The notes below the pieces were generated by a model. The model had not been told where the DNA came from and did not search any database. It was given only the letters and a program-made list of their open reading frames with translations. Position numbers and translations under genes: made by a program. From a bacterium (GTDB lineage: Bacteria > UBA8248): 64,000 nucleotides of DNA. Positions 19,475 to 29,650 of this stretch are shown here, one piece after another. Location of the stretch: NCBI GenBank assembly GCA_965213685.1, contig CBDBZY010000036.1, forward strand, positions 32,001 to 96,000, given 5' to 3'. The stretch's first letter is position 1, and each line of letters begins with the position of its first letter.

Positions 19475-20662
19475 TTAAAGCTCTTTGAGAGGCTTGATTT
19501 TCGCCGTTTCGGAGTTGTGCCCCGCTTCGAGGCCCGCGCCCGAGAACGCCGCCGCGAGGCCGGTGATCGGGTGGCGGCCGCCTATTTTCCCGGTGGCGAT
19601 TTTCTCGTCCATGTAGTTTTCGTATTCCTCCTTGTTCTCGTGCCACATCTGGTATTGGCTGTCCCGCTCCTCGAAGACGACCTCGTTCACCATCGTGATG
19701 CAGTCTTTGACGGGACAAATGGCCTCGCACACGCCGCAGCCGCAACAGGCCTCCATGTTGGCGTCGAAGAAGCCGTCCGGGGTGACGTCGAAGCAGGTGT
19801 CCGGACACGCGACCCAGCAAAGGGTGCACTTCGTGCATTTATCGAAGGAGACGACCGGGCGCATGGTGCGGGTGGACCATTTTTTGAAATACGGGTTGCG
19901 GCCCGGCTCATACCCGCCGTCGCCGCCCCGAAAGCCCTCATGGCCGCCCACTCCGTCGATGACGACGCCCTGCCGCATTTCATGCCATTTCAGGAGCTCG
20001 AAGGTGAACGGGACTTCGTCGTTGCCCTGTCCCGGTTCGACTTCGACCGGGCGCAAATCCTCATAGACTTCGCGCGCGGCCTCGACGTGCGTCTCCGAGC
20101 CGATGTTCTCGCGAATGGCCGACTCCAGGGACGCGACGGAGCACATGCCGGGCTCGGCTTTCAGTGCCGCCCCCAGGCAGCGCGCGTCGGTTCCGTCGTC
20201 CTTGTACACCCAAAGGCCCGCGAAGCTCGGGTCGCTGTGGATGACCGCAAGTTTGTAGGGCGTTTCCCGGCGGTGAATATGCTTGACGAGCTCGCTCTCC
20301 TTCTTCGTCGAGGTGACGATCAGCGTGCCGCCAGGCTTCGTGACGGCGTTGATGGGCTGGAGGCCATACCATGCCCAGGACTCCACGCCCTTGCAGAGGG
20401 TGTCATCCACGCAGATGGAAATGTCCACCTGCTTGGGCTCATACTGCGCCGCCACGGACTCGAGCTCCTCTTCATTGTCCGCGATGTAGCCGAATTGCTT
20501 CGCCGGAATCCCGTTCCGCTCGGGCGAGTCGCTGTAGCGGCCAAATGAAATTCCCGGCTTCCCCTCCTTCACGGCCGCGAGAATCAGCGACCGTGAAATG
20601 TTCACGGCAAGCTGCTTCTGAAAGATCCCCCTGTAAATCACCTCAAATGATATGACGCTCAC
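19475..20662 (-). CDS. 2-oxoacid:ferredoxin oxidoreductase fused gamma-delta subunit (2x[4Fe-4S])
   Basis: Gamma-type N-terminus (SPERNG), then CTKCTLCWVACP and CCGCGVCEAICP. Confidence 0.9.
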   Translation of the reverse strand: MSVISFEVIYRGIFQKQLAVNISRSLILAAVKEGKPGISFGRYSDSPERNGIPAKQFGYIADNEEELESVAAQYEPKQVDISICVDDTLCKGVESWAWYGLQPINAVTKPGGTLIVTSTKKESELVKHIHRRETPYKLAVIHSDPSFAGLWVYKDDGTDARCLGAALKAEPGMCSVASLESAIRENIGSETHVEAAREVYEDLRPVEVEPGQGNDEVPFTFELLKWHEMRQGVVIDGVGGHEGFRGGDGGYEPGRNPYFKKWSTRTMRPVVSFDKCTKCTLCWVACPDTCFDVTPDGFFDANMEACCGCGVCEAICPVKDCITMVNEVVFEERDSQYQMWHENKEEYENYMDEKIATGKIGGRHPITGLAAAFSGAGLEAGHNSETAKIKPLKEL

Positions 20663-20761
20663 ATTCGATACCCCCCGCTCTGAAGTGGACGAAATGAAAT
20701 TCTCTGCTTCTAAAACCCGGATTGCCGGAAATCGAGCGATGCTGCGCGCCCCGCATTCGCG

Positions 20762-21487
20762 CTATGTTCTGATTTTCATTGCGCTCATCTCCTGATCCTC
20801 GATGCCCTCCGCCTCGACCAGATGGCGGATCATTCCCGAGATCGCCCTGTTTTTGTCGTTGGCGAGAACGGCGTCCAGAATCTGGCGATGCGCCTCCCAT
20901 GAATGCAGCCGGGCATTCTTGTCCCGAAGCGAGCGCTCCCGCATCTCGCTCAGGGAATTCAGCAGGCTATTCAGCAAGTGGTGCAGAAATTTGTTTTTCG
21001 CCGCTTCCGCAAGACCCAGATGAAACTCGGTGTCCTCCTCCAGGCCGAGTCCCCCTCCCGCTATCTCGGCGTGCTGCCGCTCCAGCGTGCGTTCGAGGCT
21101 CTGCGCTTCCTCCACGGTTGCCCGTTCCGCCGCCAGGGCTGTAATTTGCGGCTCCAGGACCCTGCGCGCCTCAAAGAGGTGGCGGATGCCGCTCTCGGTG
21201 CTGGACGACACTTTTTCGGAAATCACGGGGACCAGGGATTCGGGGCGGGCGGTGACAAACGTGCCCTCCCCCTGTCTCGTCTCCACCAGCCGGGCCGACT
21301 CCAGGGAGCGCGTGGCCTCCCGGACCGAATTGCGGCCAACGCCGAACTGCTCGCACAACTCGCGCTCGGACGGCAGCTTCTCCCCCGGCCTGATGGCGCC
21401 TTCCAGTATCAAGGAAGTGAGCTGGGCGACTATCGCCTCGTAGACGCGGGTTTTCTTCACCGCCTGGAGTTTGGCGTTGATGGCCAA
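20762..21487 (-). CDS. GntR/FadR family transcriptional regulator
   Basis: PGEKLPSERELCEQFGVGRNSVREA HTH and FCD domain (DTEFH); TTG start after GAAGGA inferred. Confidence 0.93.
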   Translation of the reverse strand: MAINAKLQAVKKTRVYEAIVAQLTSLILEGAIRPGEKLPSERELCEQFGVGRNSVREATRSLESARLVETRQGEGTFVTARPESLVPVISEKVSSSTESGIRHLFEARRVLEPQITALAAERATVEEAQSLERTLERQHAEIAGGGLGLEEDTEFHLGLAEAAKNKFLHHLLNSLLNSLSEMRERSLRDKNARLHSWEAHRQILDAVLANDKNRAISGMIRHLVEAEGIEDQEMSAMKIRT

Positions 21488-21554
21488 AGCAGGTTCCTTC
21501 CCCACCAGGTTGCGCGTTTCGCGGTGCGCCAAGAGAGGCCTGTCCGCTTATGGG

Positions 21555-21568
21555 ATTGTCCTACCAAT
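21555..21568. promoter_or_regulatory. Candidate FadR-subfamily operator
   Basis: ATTG-TCCTAC-CAAT quasi-palindrome resembling LldR/PdhR-type ATTGGT-n-ACCAAT boxes, in the divergent GntR/MFS spacer. Confidence 0.45.
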
Positions 21569-21771
21569 GATTCTATCCCCTCCGCGCAGCCGGAGTCAAC
21601 CCCGGAAACGGGGGGCATTTGCGCCTTTTCCTCTGGAACAACCACATTTTCGCAACTTTTTCCTGCGGCGCTTGGTGAGAAGTCCCCCGCCAGTTTTCGC
21701 TCATCCGCCCTGGTGCTAGAATGCGCCGTTTCCGTTTCCCCGCATTTCGTTTCCGTGAAAGACGCGAAGCC

Positions 21772-22995
21772 TTGAAAAAATGGCAGCTTCTCGCCCTGCT
21801 CACCACCGGACACGCTTTTGAGCATTGGTACCAAGGCGTCCTGGGGCCCATCCTCCCCTTCCTGGCGGCGGACCTGCACCTCACCCTGACCCAGGTGGGA
21901 CTCCTGTTCACGGGCCGGGCCGTGATGAGCGCTTTCAGCAGCGTGGGAACGGGCCTGATCATCGACTCCTATGGCGGCGGAAAATGGCTGCTGGCCGGCT
22001 GCATGGTCTCCGTCGCCCTGTTCTACGGCGGCGCGAGTTTCGCGACCGGATTTTTCACGTTGGCCCCCCTCCTGTGGCTGAGCGGCCTGGCAACCCACAG
22101 CTGGCATCCGCCCGCCATGGGGCTGCTGGGAATGCGTTTTGAGAACCGCAAGGGTTTTGCGTTGGGCATACACGGAACCGGCGCGAACGTGGGGCAAACG
22201 CTGGCGCCCATCATCGCGGGTTTTCTGCTCCTGGTAATGAATTGGCGAGGCGTGTTGCTCGTCAACACCATTCCGCTGTTCGCCACGGCGCTGCTCCTGG
22301 GCATGTATCTGGAGCCCTTCGCGCTGGGCGGAAGCCAGAAGTTCGCCTCCCCCATTCGCGCGGAAAACTTCCAAAGCTCCCTCCTCAGAAATCCCGGCAT
22401 GATGGGCGCTTGCGTCCTCTCGGGGGCGAGAACGCTGGCGCATAACGTGATTCTGATTTTTCTCCCCATATTGCTCGTCCAGAAATACGGAATGGCTCCG
22501 GGCGCGCTGGGAATCGTCATCGGCGTATATTCGGCGGCGTCCATATTCCCAGAGACGATTGTCGGCTATCTCTCCGACAGGGTGTCGAGAAAACTGATCC
22601 TGTTTGTCGGGGTCGCCGCCGGCGGCGCATCGATGCTCGCGATTCCGCACGCGGGAACGGGAATGCTCCTCTACGTTTGCGTCATATCCGTCGGCGTTTT
22701 CCTGATTTCCATGCGCTCCGTCATTTTCGCGTACAGCTTCGAGGTCAGCCCGCCCGAACTCGCCGGAAGCGTCGTCGGCGTCATATTTACGGCGAACCAG
22801 ATATGGGTTGGTTTGGGTTTGTTTTTTCTGGGTATACTGGCGGACGCGCACGGGCTAGATGTCGTCTTCGGGGCCATCGGCATATTATGCATGGGAAGTC
22901 TGGCCGCTTTCTCATGGCTGCCCAGGACAGAGGGAAAATCAGGATTTCAGCGACCGGCTGCCGATATGGGAGATTCCGCGCGCTCCTCGCCATAG
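21772..22995 (+). CDS. MFS transporter
   Basis: About 12 hydrophobic segments, WHPPAM, GYLSDRVSRK motif. Confidence 0.9.
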   Translation: MKKWQLLALLTTGHAFEHWYQGVLGPILPFLAADLHLTLTQVGLLFTGRAVMSAFSSVGTGLIIDSYGGGKWLLAGCMVSVALFYGGASFATGFFTLAPLLWLSGLATHSWHPPAMGLLGMRFENRKGFALGIHGTGANVGQTLAPIIAGFLLLVMNWRGVLLVNTIPLFATALLLGMYLEPFALGGSQKFASPIRAENFQSSLLRNPGMMGACVLSGARTLAHNVILIFLPILLVQKYGMAPGALGIVIGVYSAASIFPETIVGYLSDRVSRKLILFVGVAAGGASMLAIPHAGTGMLLYVCVISVGVFLISMRSVIFAYSFEVSPPELAGSVVGVIFTANQIWVGLGLFFLGILADAHGLDVVFGAIGILCMGSLAAFSWLPRTEGKSGFQRPAADMGDSARSSP

Positions 22996-23016
22996 TTCAT
23001 TTTCGGGAGATGCCAT

Positions 23017-26000
23017 GTGAGCGAACAAGTCGACAAACATTTCGGGTTCTCCCATATAGAGAAATTGCTGGCGGGCGGCACTCCTACCCCTGCGGCGGCG
23101 CATCTCCTGGCCTCGATCGGGGTGACGGAACCGGTCAACGCGATCAGGAACCTGCAATCCCTCGCCCTGCATCCGGCGTTTCCGCGCAACAACCCGAAGT
23201 TTCTGGGACAACTGCTCTCCTCCCTGGGCGATACGTTTGATCCGGAGCGCGCCCTGAGCAATTTCGAGCGGATTCTGGCGACTCGCGACAAACCGGACGC
23301 GCTTCTGCGAACCCTCACGAACTCCGACGATCGCAGGGCGGAACTCTTCGCACTGGCCGGCGGAAGCCAGTTTCTGACCGAGACGATCCTCCGGCATCCC
23401 CATTTTCTGGACTGGCTCTTGCGCCCGAACACGCTGCAAGCCGTCCGAACCAAAGAGAAGATGGAATCCGAATTGTGGCGATGGGTGCGCGAGGGGCGCG
23501 ACTCCCCGAACGGGCCGGAAAACGCGATGCGCCGATTCCGGCAGCGAGAATACCTGCGGATTGCGGTACTGGACTTGATGCGGCAGACATCTCTCCAGGA
23601 AATCACGGCGAGCCTTTCGCATTTGGCCGACGCCTCCCTGGAGACGGCGGTCCGAATCGCCAGGGCCGAGCTCGAGAAAAAATACGGGAAGCCCCGAGAG
23701 AAAAACGCGGACGGAAAATGGCGCAACGCGGCATTCAGCGTCATTGGCCTGGGGAAACTCGGCGGACTCGAACTCAACTTCAGCTCCGACGTCGACCTGT
23801 TGTTCATCTACTCATCAAACGACGGCCAGACGTCCGGGGTGAGCGACCCGTTGACGGGGCGAATCAAGCGCACGATCAGGAATCACGAATTCTTCGCGCA
23901 CCTGGCGCGGCGCGTCATATCCCTGATGGGGAAGAATACCGAAGAAGGCCACGTGTTCCGGATAGACACGCGCCTGCGGCCCGAAGGCACGCAGGGAGCG
24001 TTGGCGTATTCGCTCAGAAGCTGCGAAGTGTATTACGAGTCATGGGGAGAGACCTGGGAGCGGCAGGCGCTCATCAAATCCAGACATTGCGCGGGCTCTC
24101 GCGCCTTGAGCGACGCATTTCTGAAGATGATACGCCCTTTCGTGTATCGCCGAACGATGGACATCAGCGTCATCTCGGAAATCGGAAAAATCAAGGACCG
24201 CATCAACAGAAGCCTGAAGGGGGCGGACGCGACGAGCCGAAACGTGAAGCTGGGCGAGGGCGGCATCCGGGAAATCGAGTTCATCACCCAGGCCCTCCAG
24301 CTCATCTACGGGGGCAACGAAACCCTCCTCCAGAATTCCAACACGCTGGAGAGCCTCGCCATCCTGGAGGCGGTTGGCTTTTTGCCCGCCAACGAATGCG
24401 CGGAACTCTCTCGCGCATACGTGTTTTTGAGGGACGCCGAGCATCGCGTGCAACTCACGCACGGGCTTCAATCACACGAGATTCCGGCGGATGAGAAAAA
24501 CCTGACCGTCCTGGCGCGCAAAATGGGCTGCGCGGGAAGCGAGGAGCTCAAGGCACAACTCGCATACCATCAAAACAATGTCTCCAGGATATTCGAGAAC
24601 ATGTTTCGCGGCGGCGGCGAGGATGAACAGGAGATGTCGTCCGCAAGCGCGCAGTCCCCGGCGCTCACCCTGGGAGACTCCATATCCGCCGAGGATCTGG
24701 CGCCATATAATTTTGAAGACCCCGAAAGCGTGAGCACCCACCTCAAGCTTTTGCGGAATGGCGCATCGCTCGAACACGTCAGCGCCAAGGCGAAGCGGAT
24801 ATTCGACGAAATCCTCCCCCGCCTGCTTTACCAGACGCTGGAGCTCCCGGAGCCGGACAGGGCCGTCGCGCATCTCAACAGGTTCGTGGACAAGGGGGGG
24901 GGACGCGAATCCATCCTCGGATTCATGGCGGAGCAGAAAGAATCGCTGGAAATCATTCTGAAGCTGTTCGCTTCGAGCGATTACCTGTCCGGCGTCCTGA
25001 TTGCGCGGCCGGAACTGCTGGAGACGCTTTTTCAAACGGAGACGCTCGTCCGGCCGCGCTCCCGGGAGTTTCTCGCCGGCGAGATGGAGAAAATCACGGG
25101 CGCGCCAATATCGGCGGAGGAGAAATTCAACCGTCTGCACTTTGCGAAAAAAAGCGAGGAGCTCGCCATAGGCGTCCGCAGCATTCTTGGCGCGGCGGAT
25201 ATTCTGGAAACCTTGTCCGCCCTCTCCTGGCTTGCGGAAACAACCCTGAAAAGCGGCTACGCGATCGCCCGCGAAAAAATGTGCGCATTGTATGGCACCC
25301 CCATCGAGGCGGAGACGGGAGAGGAGGCGCGCTTCGCCATCATCGGCCTCGGCAAGCTGGGAAGCGGCGAAATGAATTTTGGCTCCGACCTGGACATGAT
25401 GGTCGTCTACAGCGCGAACGGGCAAACAAGCGGGCGGGCCGGCGGGAAAAATTCCGGGTACAAACCCATCTCCAATCATGAGTACTACATCAGGCTGATC
25501 ACCTGCTTGCGGGATGGCCTGTCCGCGTCGAGCGCCCGGGAGCGCACCTATGAAATAGACTTTCGCCTGCGGCCCGAGGGGCAGAAGGGGCCACTGGCGG
25601 CGCCGATCGGATCGTTCATCAAATACTTTGAGAATCGCGCTGAAACATGGGAGAAACAAGCGCTTACGCGAGCAAGACACATTGCCGGATCAGAAGCGTT
25701 TGCCACGGAGTTCATGGAATCTGTCCATGCCTTTGTCTATGGGGAGGAGGCGCCGGAGAACCTTGCCCGGGAGGTTCACCATATGCGCAAGCGCATTGAG
25801 CTGGAATTGTCGCGGGAAGATGAAAAAATCATGGACATCAAGCTGGGACGCGGCGGAATCATTGATATTGAGTTTTTGACCCAGTATCTCCTGATTCGGC
25901 ATGGGAGGGCGCATCCGGAGATACGGGTTCCCAACACCTGGCTCGCGTTGCAGGCACTGGGCGCAAGCGGAATACTTGCCGATGCGGACAGCGCCATCCT

Positions 26001-26253
26001 CCTCGACGGGTACCGCTTCCTGCGCCTGCTGGAAAACCGGCTCCGCATTGGCAACGCCCAGTCGATCAACATATTTCTGACCACGCCGCACGCCATGGGC
26101 AGGCTGGCCCGGCGCATGAACATTGTGGATGACATGGATGGAAGCGCCCATGCCAAGTTCCTCGCCCTGTATGAGGGGAAAACGCGCGGGGTGCGAGAAA
26201 TCTATGAAAAGATTGTGGTTGCGGAAAGCAATCGCCCCGCGAAAATGGCGTAG
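23017..26253 (+). CDS. glnE: Bifunctional glutamine synthetase adenylyltransferase/adenylyl-removing enzyme
   Basis: Two NTase domains (GKLGGLELNFSSDVDL, GKLGSGEMNFGSDLDM), each with D-x-RLRPEG, WE-x-QAL and KLG-x-GGI-x-[ED]IEF. Confidence 0.96.
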   Translation: MSEQVDKHFGFSHIEKLLAGGTPTPAAAHLLASIGVTEPVNAIRNLQSLALHPAFPRNNPKFLGQLLSSLGDTFDPERALSNFERILATRDKPDALLRTLTNSDDRRAELFALAGGSQFLTETILRHPHFLDWLLRPNTLQAVRTKEKMESELWRWVREGRDSPNGPENAMRRFRQREYLRIAVLDLMRQTSLQEITASLSHLADASLETAVRIARAELEKKYGKPREKNADGKWRNAAFSVIGLGKLGGLELNFSSDVDLLFIYSSNDGQTSGVSDPLTGRIKRTIRNHEFFAHLARRVISLMGKNTEEGHVFRIDTRLRPEGTQGALAYSLRSCEVYYESWGETWERQALIKSRHCAGSRALSDAFLKMIRPFVYRRTMDISVISEIGKIKDRINRSLKGADATSRNVKLGEGGIREIEFITQALQLIYGGNETLLQNSNTLESLAILEAVGFLPANECAELSRAYVFLRDAEHRVQLTHGLQSHEIPADEKNLTVLARKMGCAGSEELKAQLAYHQNNVSRIFENMFRGGGEDEQEMSSASAQSPALTLGDSISAEDLAPYNFEDPESVSTHLKLLRNGASLEHVSAKAKRIFDEILPRLLYQTLELPEPDRAVAHLNRFVDKGGGRESILGFMAEQKESLEIILKLFASSDYLSGVLIARPELLETLFQTETLVRPRSREFLAGEMEKITGAPISAEEKFNRLHFAKKSEELAIGVRSILGAADILETLSALSWLAETTLKSGYAIAREKMCALYGTPIEAETGEEARFAIIGLGKLGSGEMNFGSDLDMMVVYSANGQTSGRAGGKNSGYKPISNHEYYIRLITCLRDGLSASSARERTYEIDFRLRPEGQKGPLAAPIGSFIKYFENRAETWEKQALTRARHIAGSEAFATEFMESVHAFVYGEEAPENLAREVHHMRKRIELELSREDEKIMDIKLGRGGIIDIEFLTQYLLIRHGRAHPEIRVPNTWLALQALGASGILADADSAILLDGYRFLRLLENRLRIGNAQSINIFLTTPHAMGRLARRMNIVDDMDGSAHAKFLALYEGKTRGVREIYEKIVVAESNRPAKMA

Positions 26254-26310
26254 CCCCCATCCCAGGTTCGCGCGCATTGGGGCCGGCGACGCCCGGAGGG
26301 CGCATCTGAA

Positions 26311-27534
26311 TTGATGATCAATCCGGATCGTTTCCGCAAATCCATGGAAGAGATGGCCCGCATCGGCGCGACGCGCAGGGGCGGCGTGCACCGCCTCGCG
26401 CTTTCGGATCAGGACAAAGAGGCCAGGGATCTGTTCGCCGCCTGGGCACATGACGCCGGACTGGAAGTGCGCGTCGATCAGATGGGAAACACGTTCGCCA
26501 GGCGGGCGGGCCAGGACGATGGCGCCTCCCCCGCCATGTCGGGGAGCCACCTCGACACCGTGCCGCACGGAGGCCGGTTTGACGGGTCGCTGGGCGTGCT
26601 GTCGGCCCTGGAGACCATCCGGACGCTGAACGACCGGAATATCCTGACGAGGCGTCCGATAGAGATTGTCAACTGGACAAATGAGGAGGGGGCCAGATTT
26701 CCGCCCTCCATGCTCGGAAGCGGCGTATTCTCGGGCGCCATATCGCAGGAGTCCGCATACGAGACGAGAGACGGCGAGGGGGTGCGGTTCGTTGATGAGC
26801 TGGAGCGCATCGGGTATCGCGGAGATACGTCCTGTGCCCCCCGGCCCCTCGGGTCCTATGTGGAGCTCCACATAGAGCAAGGCGCCGTTCTCCTGAACGA
26901 GGGCAGGCAGATAGGCATCGTCGAGGGAATTTTCGGGATAGCGTGGCTTCGCGTCACCATGAAAGGAGAGCGGGACCACGCCGGCCCCACGCCGATGCAC
27001 ATGCGGCGCGACGCCCTGGTGGGTGCGGCGCGCGCCATTTCCGCCATCCGGGAAATTCCGGCAAGGCTGCACCCGGACTTCGTGGCCACGGTGGGGGAGG
27101 TTTCCGTGTCGCCCAACGCCATCAACGTGATTCCCGACCGGGTGCGGTTCTCTGTCGATTTGCGGCACAGCCAGGCAAAGACGCTGGACGATGCGCTGCA
27201 ACTCGTCCGGGAAGCCGCGGGCAAGGAAGCCGGAAGAGAAAATCTGGAAATCGGGGTGGAAGAGATTGGCTCCTCCAGCCCCGTCGCATTCGACGCGAAC
27301 GTTGGCCGGGCTATCCAGGACGCCTGCGTGGAGTCAGGCTACAGCCACCGACGCATGTGGAGTGCCGCCGGGCATGATGCGCGCTACGCCGCCGAGCTTG
27401 GTCCCACGTCCATGATTTTCACCCCCTGCGTCGCAGGGAAAAGCCACTCCGAAGAAGAGGACGTGGATTGGGAAGACGCCTGCAGGGGCTGCGACGTCCT
27501 GGCCAAAACGTTGCTCAGGCTGGCGAATTCATAG
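26311..27534 (+). CDS. M20 Zn-dependent hydrolase (N-carbamoyl-amino acid/allantoate amidohydrolase family)
   Basis: GSHLDTVPHGGRFDG, NEEGARF, ELHIEQG, HAGPTPM, AGHDA. Confidence 0.93.
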   Translation: MMINPDRFRKSMEEMARIGATRRGGVHRLALSDQDKEARDLFAAWAHDAGLEVRVDQMGNTFARRAGQDDGASPAMSGSHLDTVPHGGRFDGSLGVLSALETIRTLNDRNILTRRPIEIVNWTNEEGARFPPSMLGSGVFSGAISQESAYETRDGEGVRFVDELERIGYRGDTSCAPRPLGSYVELHIEQGAVLLNEGRQIGIVEGIFGIAWLRVTMKGERDHAGPTPMHMRRDALVGAARAISAIREIPARLHPDFVATVGEVSVSPNAINVIPDRVRFSVDLRHSQAKTLDDALQLVREAAGKEAGRENLEIGVEEIGSSSPVAFDANVGRAIQDACVESGYSHRRMWSAAGHDARYAAELGPTSMIFTPCVAGKSHSEEEDVDWEDACRGCDVLAKTLLRLANS

Positions 27535-27577
27535 GCGAGGTTTTTGTTTTCCGGAAGTCCGCAGGGGGGGGAGCCGT

Positions 27578-28417
27578 ATGCCGCAGATACAATGGGCGAA
27601 TGGCGCGCGATGCGCCGTATGCTTGACGTTTGACGTAGATGGCGAAACGGTGTGGATGGCCAGAGACCCGTCGCTGGGAAACCGGCCCATTCACAACTCC
27701 ATGGGCGCCTATGGCCCGAAGGTGGGCGTCCCCCGGATACTCCGGCTCCTGGAAAAACACAGCCTGCCCGGTGCTTTTTACATACCCAGCTGGACGGTGG
27801 AAAAATGGCCGAAAATGACCGAATCCATCGTGAAGGCGGGCCATGAAATCGGACACCACGGCCACATTCACGAAAAACCCTATCAGATGGCGGACGCGGA
27901 GAGAGAAGAGGAGCTGCTCGTGCGCGCCCTCGAGGTGTTGCGGCGCGATACGGGACAAGAAATTCTGGGTTCCCGGACGCCTTCGGCGGACCCGAGCGTC
28001 CACACCATGGGCCTGCTCAAAAAACATGGGCTTCTCTATCATTCCAACATGATGGACGACGACTGGCCCTATTATCATGAATGCGGGTTGGTGGAATTGC
28101 CGACCAAGTGGAGTCTCGACGATTTCATCTTTTTCGCGCACAGCACCAACCCGCCGCTCGGCCACGGCATTCGCGACCCCGAATCGGTCTATTCCATCTG
28201 GGTCGAGGAATTCGAGGGAACGCATGCGGAGGGCGGATACATCAACATCATGTGCCATCCCCAAATCATCGGCCAGCACCATCGCATGCGGATGCTGGAC
28301 AGGCTCGTCCAGCATATCCTGAACAAGGGAGACGTATGGTTTGCGGCCCCCGGCGACGTGGCGAAATGCTGGGCCTCGCAAAACGAGGAGCCGAAGACGA
28401 AAGAACGAAACCGCTGA
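27578..28417 (+). CDS. Polysaccharide deacetylase family (PuuE-like) amidohydrolase
   Basis: TFDVDGE, YGPKVGVPRIL, HEIGHHGHIH, CHPQIIG. Confidence 0.88.
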   Translation: MPQIQWANGARCAVCLTFDVDGETVWMARDPSLGNRPIHNSMGAYGPKVGVPRILRLLEKHSLPGAFYIPSWTVEKWPKMTESIVKAGHEIGHHGHIHEKPYQMADAEREEELLVRALEVLRRDTGQEILGSRTPSADPSVHTMGLLKKHGLLYHSNMMDDDWPYYHECGLVELPTKWSLDDFIFFAHSTNPPLGHGIRDPESVYSIWVEEFEGTHAEGGYINIMCHPQIIGQHHRMRMLDRLVQHILNKGDVWFAAPGDVAKCWASQNEEPKTKERNR

Positions 28418-28468
28418 GGCGCGCTCAGAAAGAAAAGCGCGACGGGCGCGGACGCCCATCTGCAACGC

Positions 28469-29650
28469 CTATCCCGCATACTCCAGTATGTGCATTCCGG
28501 CGCCGTTGCGATCGATCAGATACAGCAAACCGTTCTCATCCATTCCGATGTCGTTCGACTGCGCGTAGTCTTTCCCGAAATTGAGTTCCGGTATGTAGTG
28601 CCCTGTCTCTTTCGGGCGGAACGGGTCGGAGAGATCAACGGCCCGCAGCCCCGCATTGAAATAGGTGAGGAAAATCATATCTTTCCAGGGGCCATCCGCC
28701 GGAGCGTATTCCAGAATGTTATGGGCACCGAAGCGCCCTCCCCGGTTCATGTTCTCTCCCCTGTCCGGCATGTATGTGGATATGGGAATCGGGTTGCTCT
28801 CCTCGCGGATGTCCACCACCCACATGAACTGGCTGTTCTCGTAGTTTTTCTGGGCGCGCGCCTCGTCGGTTACGACCAGGTAGGGCCTGTCGCCAAGCGG
28901 CCATACGGTGTGCGTGGAGCCAACGAAAGGCGGCGACCAGCAGAGGTGCCCCACGAACGTGATATTGCGCAGATCCGCGCAATCAAAAATGCCCAGTCCC
29001 CCTCCCCAGAAACCGGCGAACATCCGGTTCCCGCGAATCACGGCGGGGCCGTGGCACGTCCACGCGCGCTCGAATGCGTCCGGCTCTTCATACGGAAGGT
29101 CCAGGCCGAGGTCTTGCTCGGGCAGCCCCACAATGTTGAGCACTTCGGGCTGGAGGGGGTTGCGGATGTCCACCGTCCACATGACCCGATTTCTCCACCC
29201 CTCGGCGTCATTCGGGAAAAACGCGAGATGGCGATCGTTGTCGACGCCAAATCGGTGCGGTCCCGTTCCGGGCAGATCGTAAAACCCGACTTGCCTCGGT
29301 CGGGACGGGTCGCCGATGTCAAAAATCCCGATGCCCGCCCTCGCCTTCTCCCCCTCCGGCGTCTTGAGACGCTCGTGGTTCACATAGAGCAGGTCGTCTC
29401 CCACGATGCGGACCTTGTGATTGTGCGTTCCGGGCGGGGCGAACACCTCGGCGATGCGTCTCGGTTTTCGGGGGTTGGAAACGTCGTGAACGGTCCAGCC
29501 CTCCGGCCCGTCATAGCTGGCCTTTCCCACCGCACCCACATAGGCGTATCCGTTTTTCACCTCGACGAGGCTCCCCCCGCCCCATGCCGCATCCGGGTCG
29601 TGCCCTATCAACCTGAAGTTTCTGGATTCCGCCGGCGCGCCTTTGGCCAT
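28469..29650 (-). CDS. LVIVD-repeat beta-propeller protein
   Basis: Repeated (I/V)xD(V/I)xxPxxP blades, HTVWP, FGAHN, YFNAGLRAVD. Confidence 0.8.
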   Translation of the reverse strand: MAKGAPAESRNFRLIGHDPDAAWGGGSLVEVKNGYAYVGAVGKASYDGPEGWTVHDVSNPRKPRRIAEVFAPPGTHNHKVRIVGDDLLYVNHERLKTPEGEKARAGIGIFDIGDPSRPRQVGFYDLPGTGPHRFGVDNDRHLAFFPNDAEGWRNRVMWTVDIRNPLQPEVLNIVGLPEQDLGLDLPYEEPDAFERAWTCHGPAVIRGNRMFAGFWGGGLGIFDCADLRNITFVGHLCWSPPFVGSTHTVWPLGDRPYLVVTDEARAQKNYENSQFMWVVDIREESNPIPISTYMPDRGENMNRGGRFGAHNILEYAPADGPWKDMIFLTYFNAGLRAVDLSDPFRPKETGHYIPELNFGKDYAQSNDIGMDENGLLYLIDRNGAGMHILEYAG

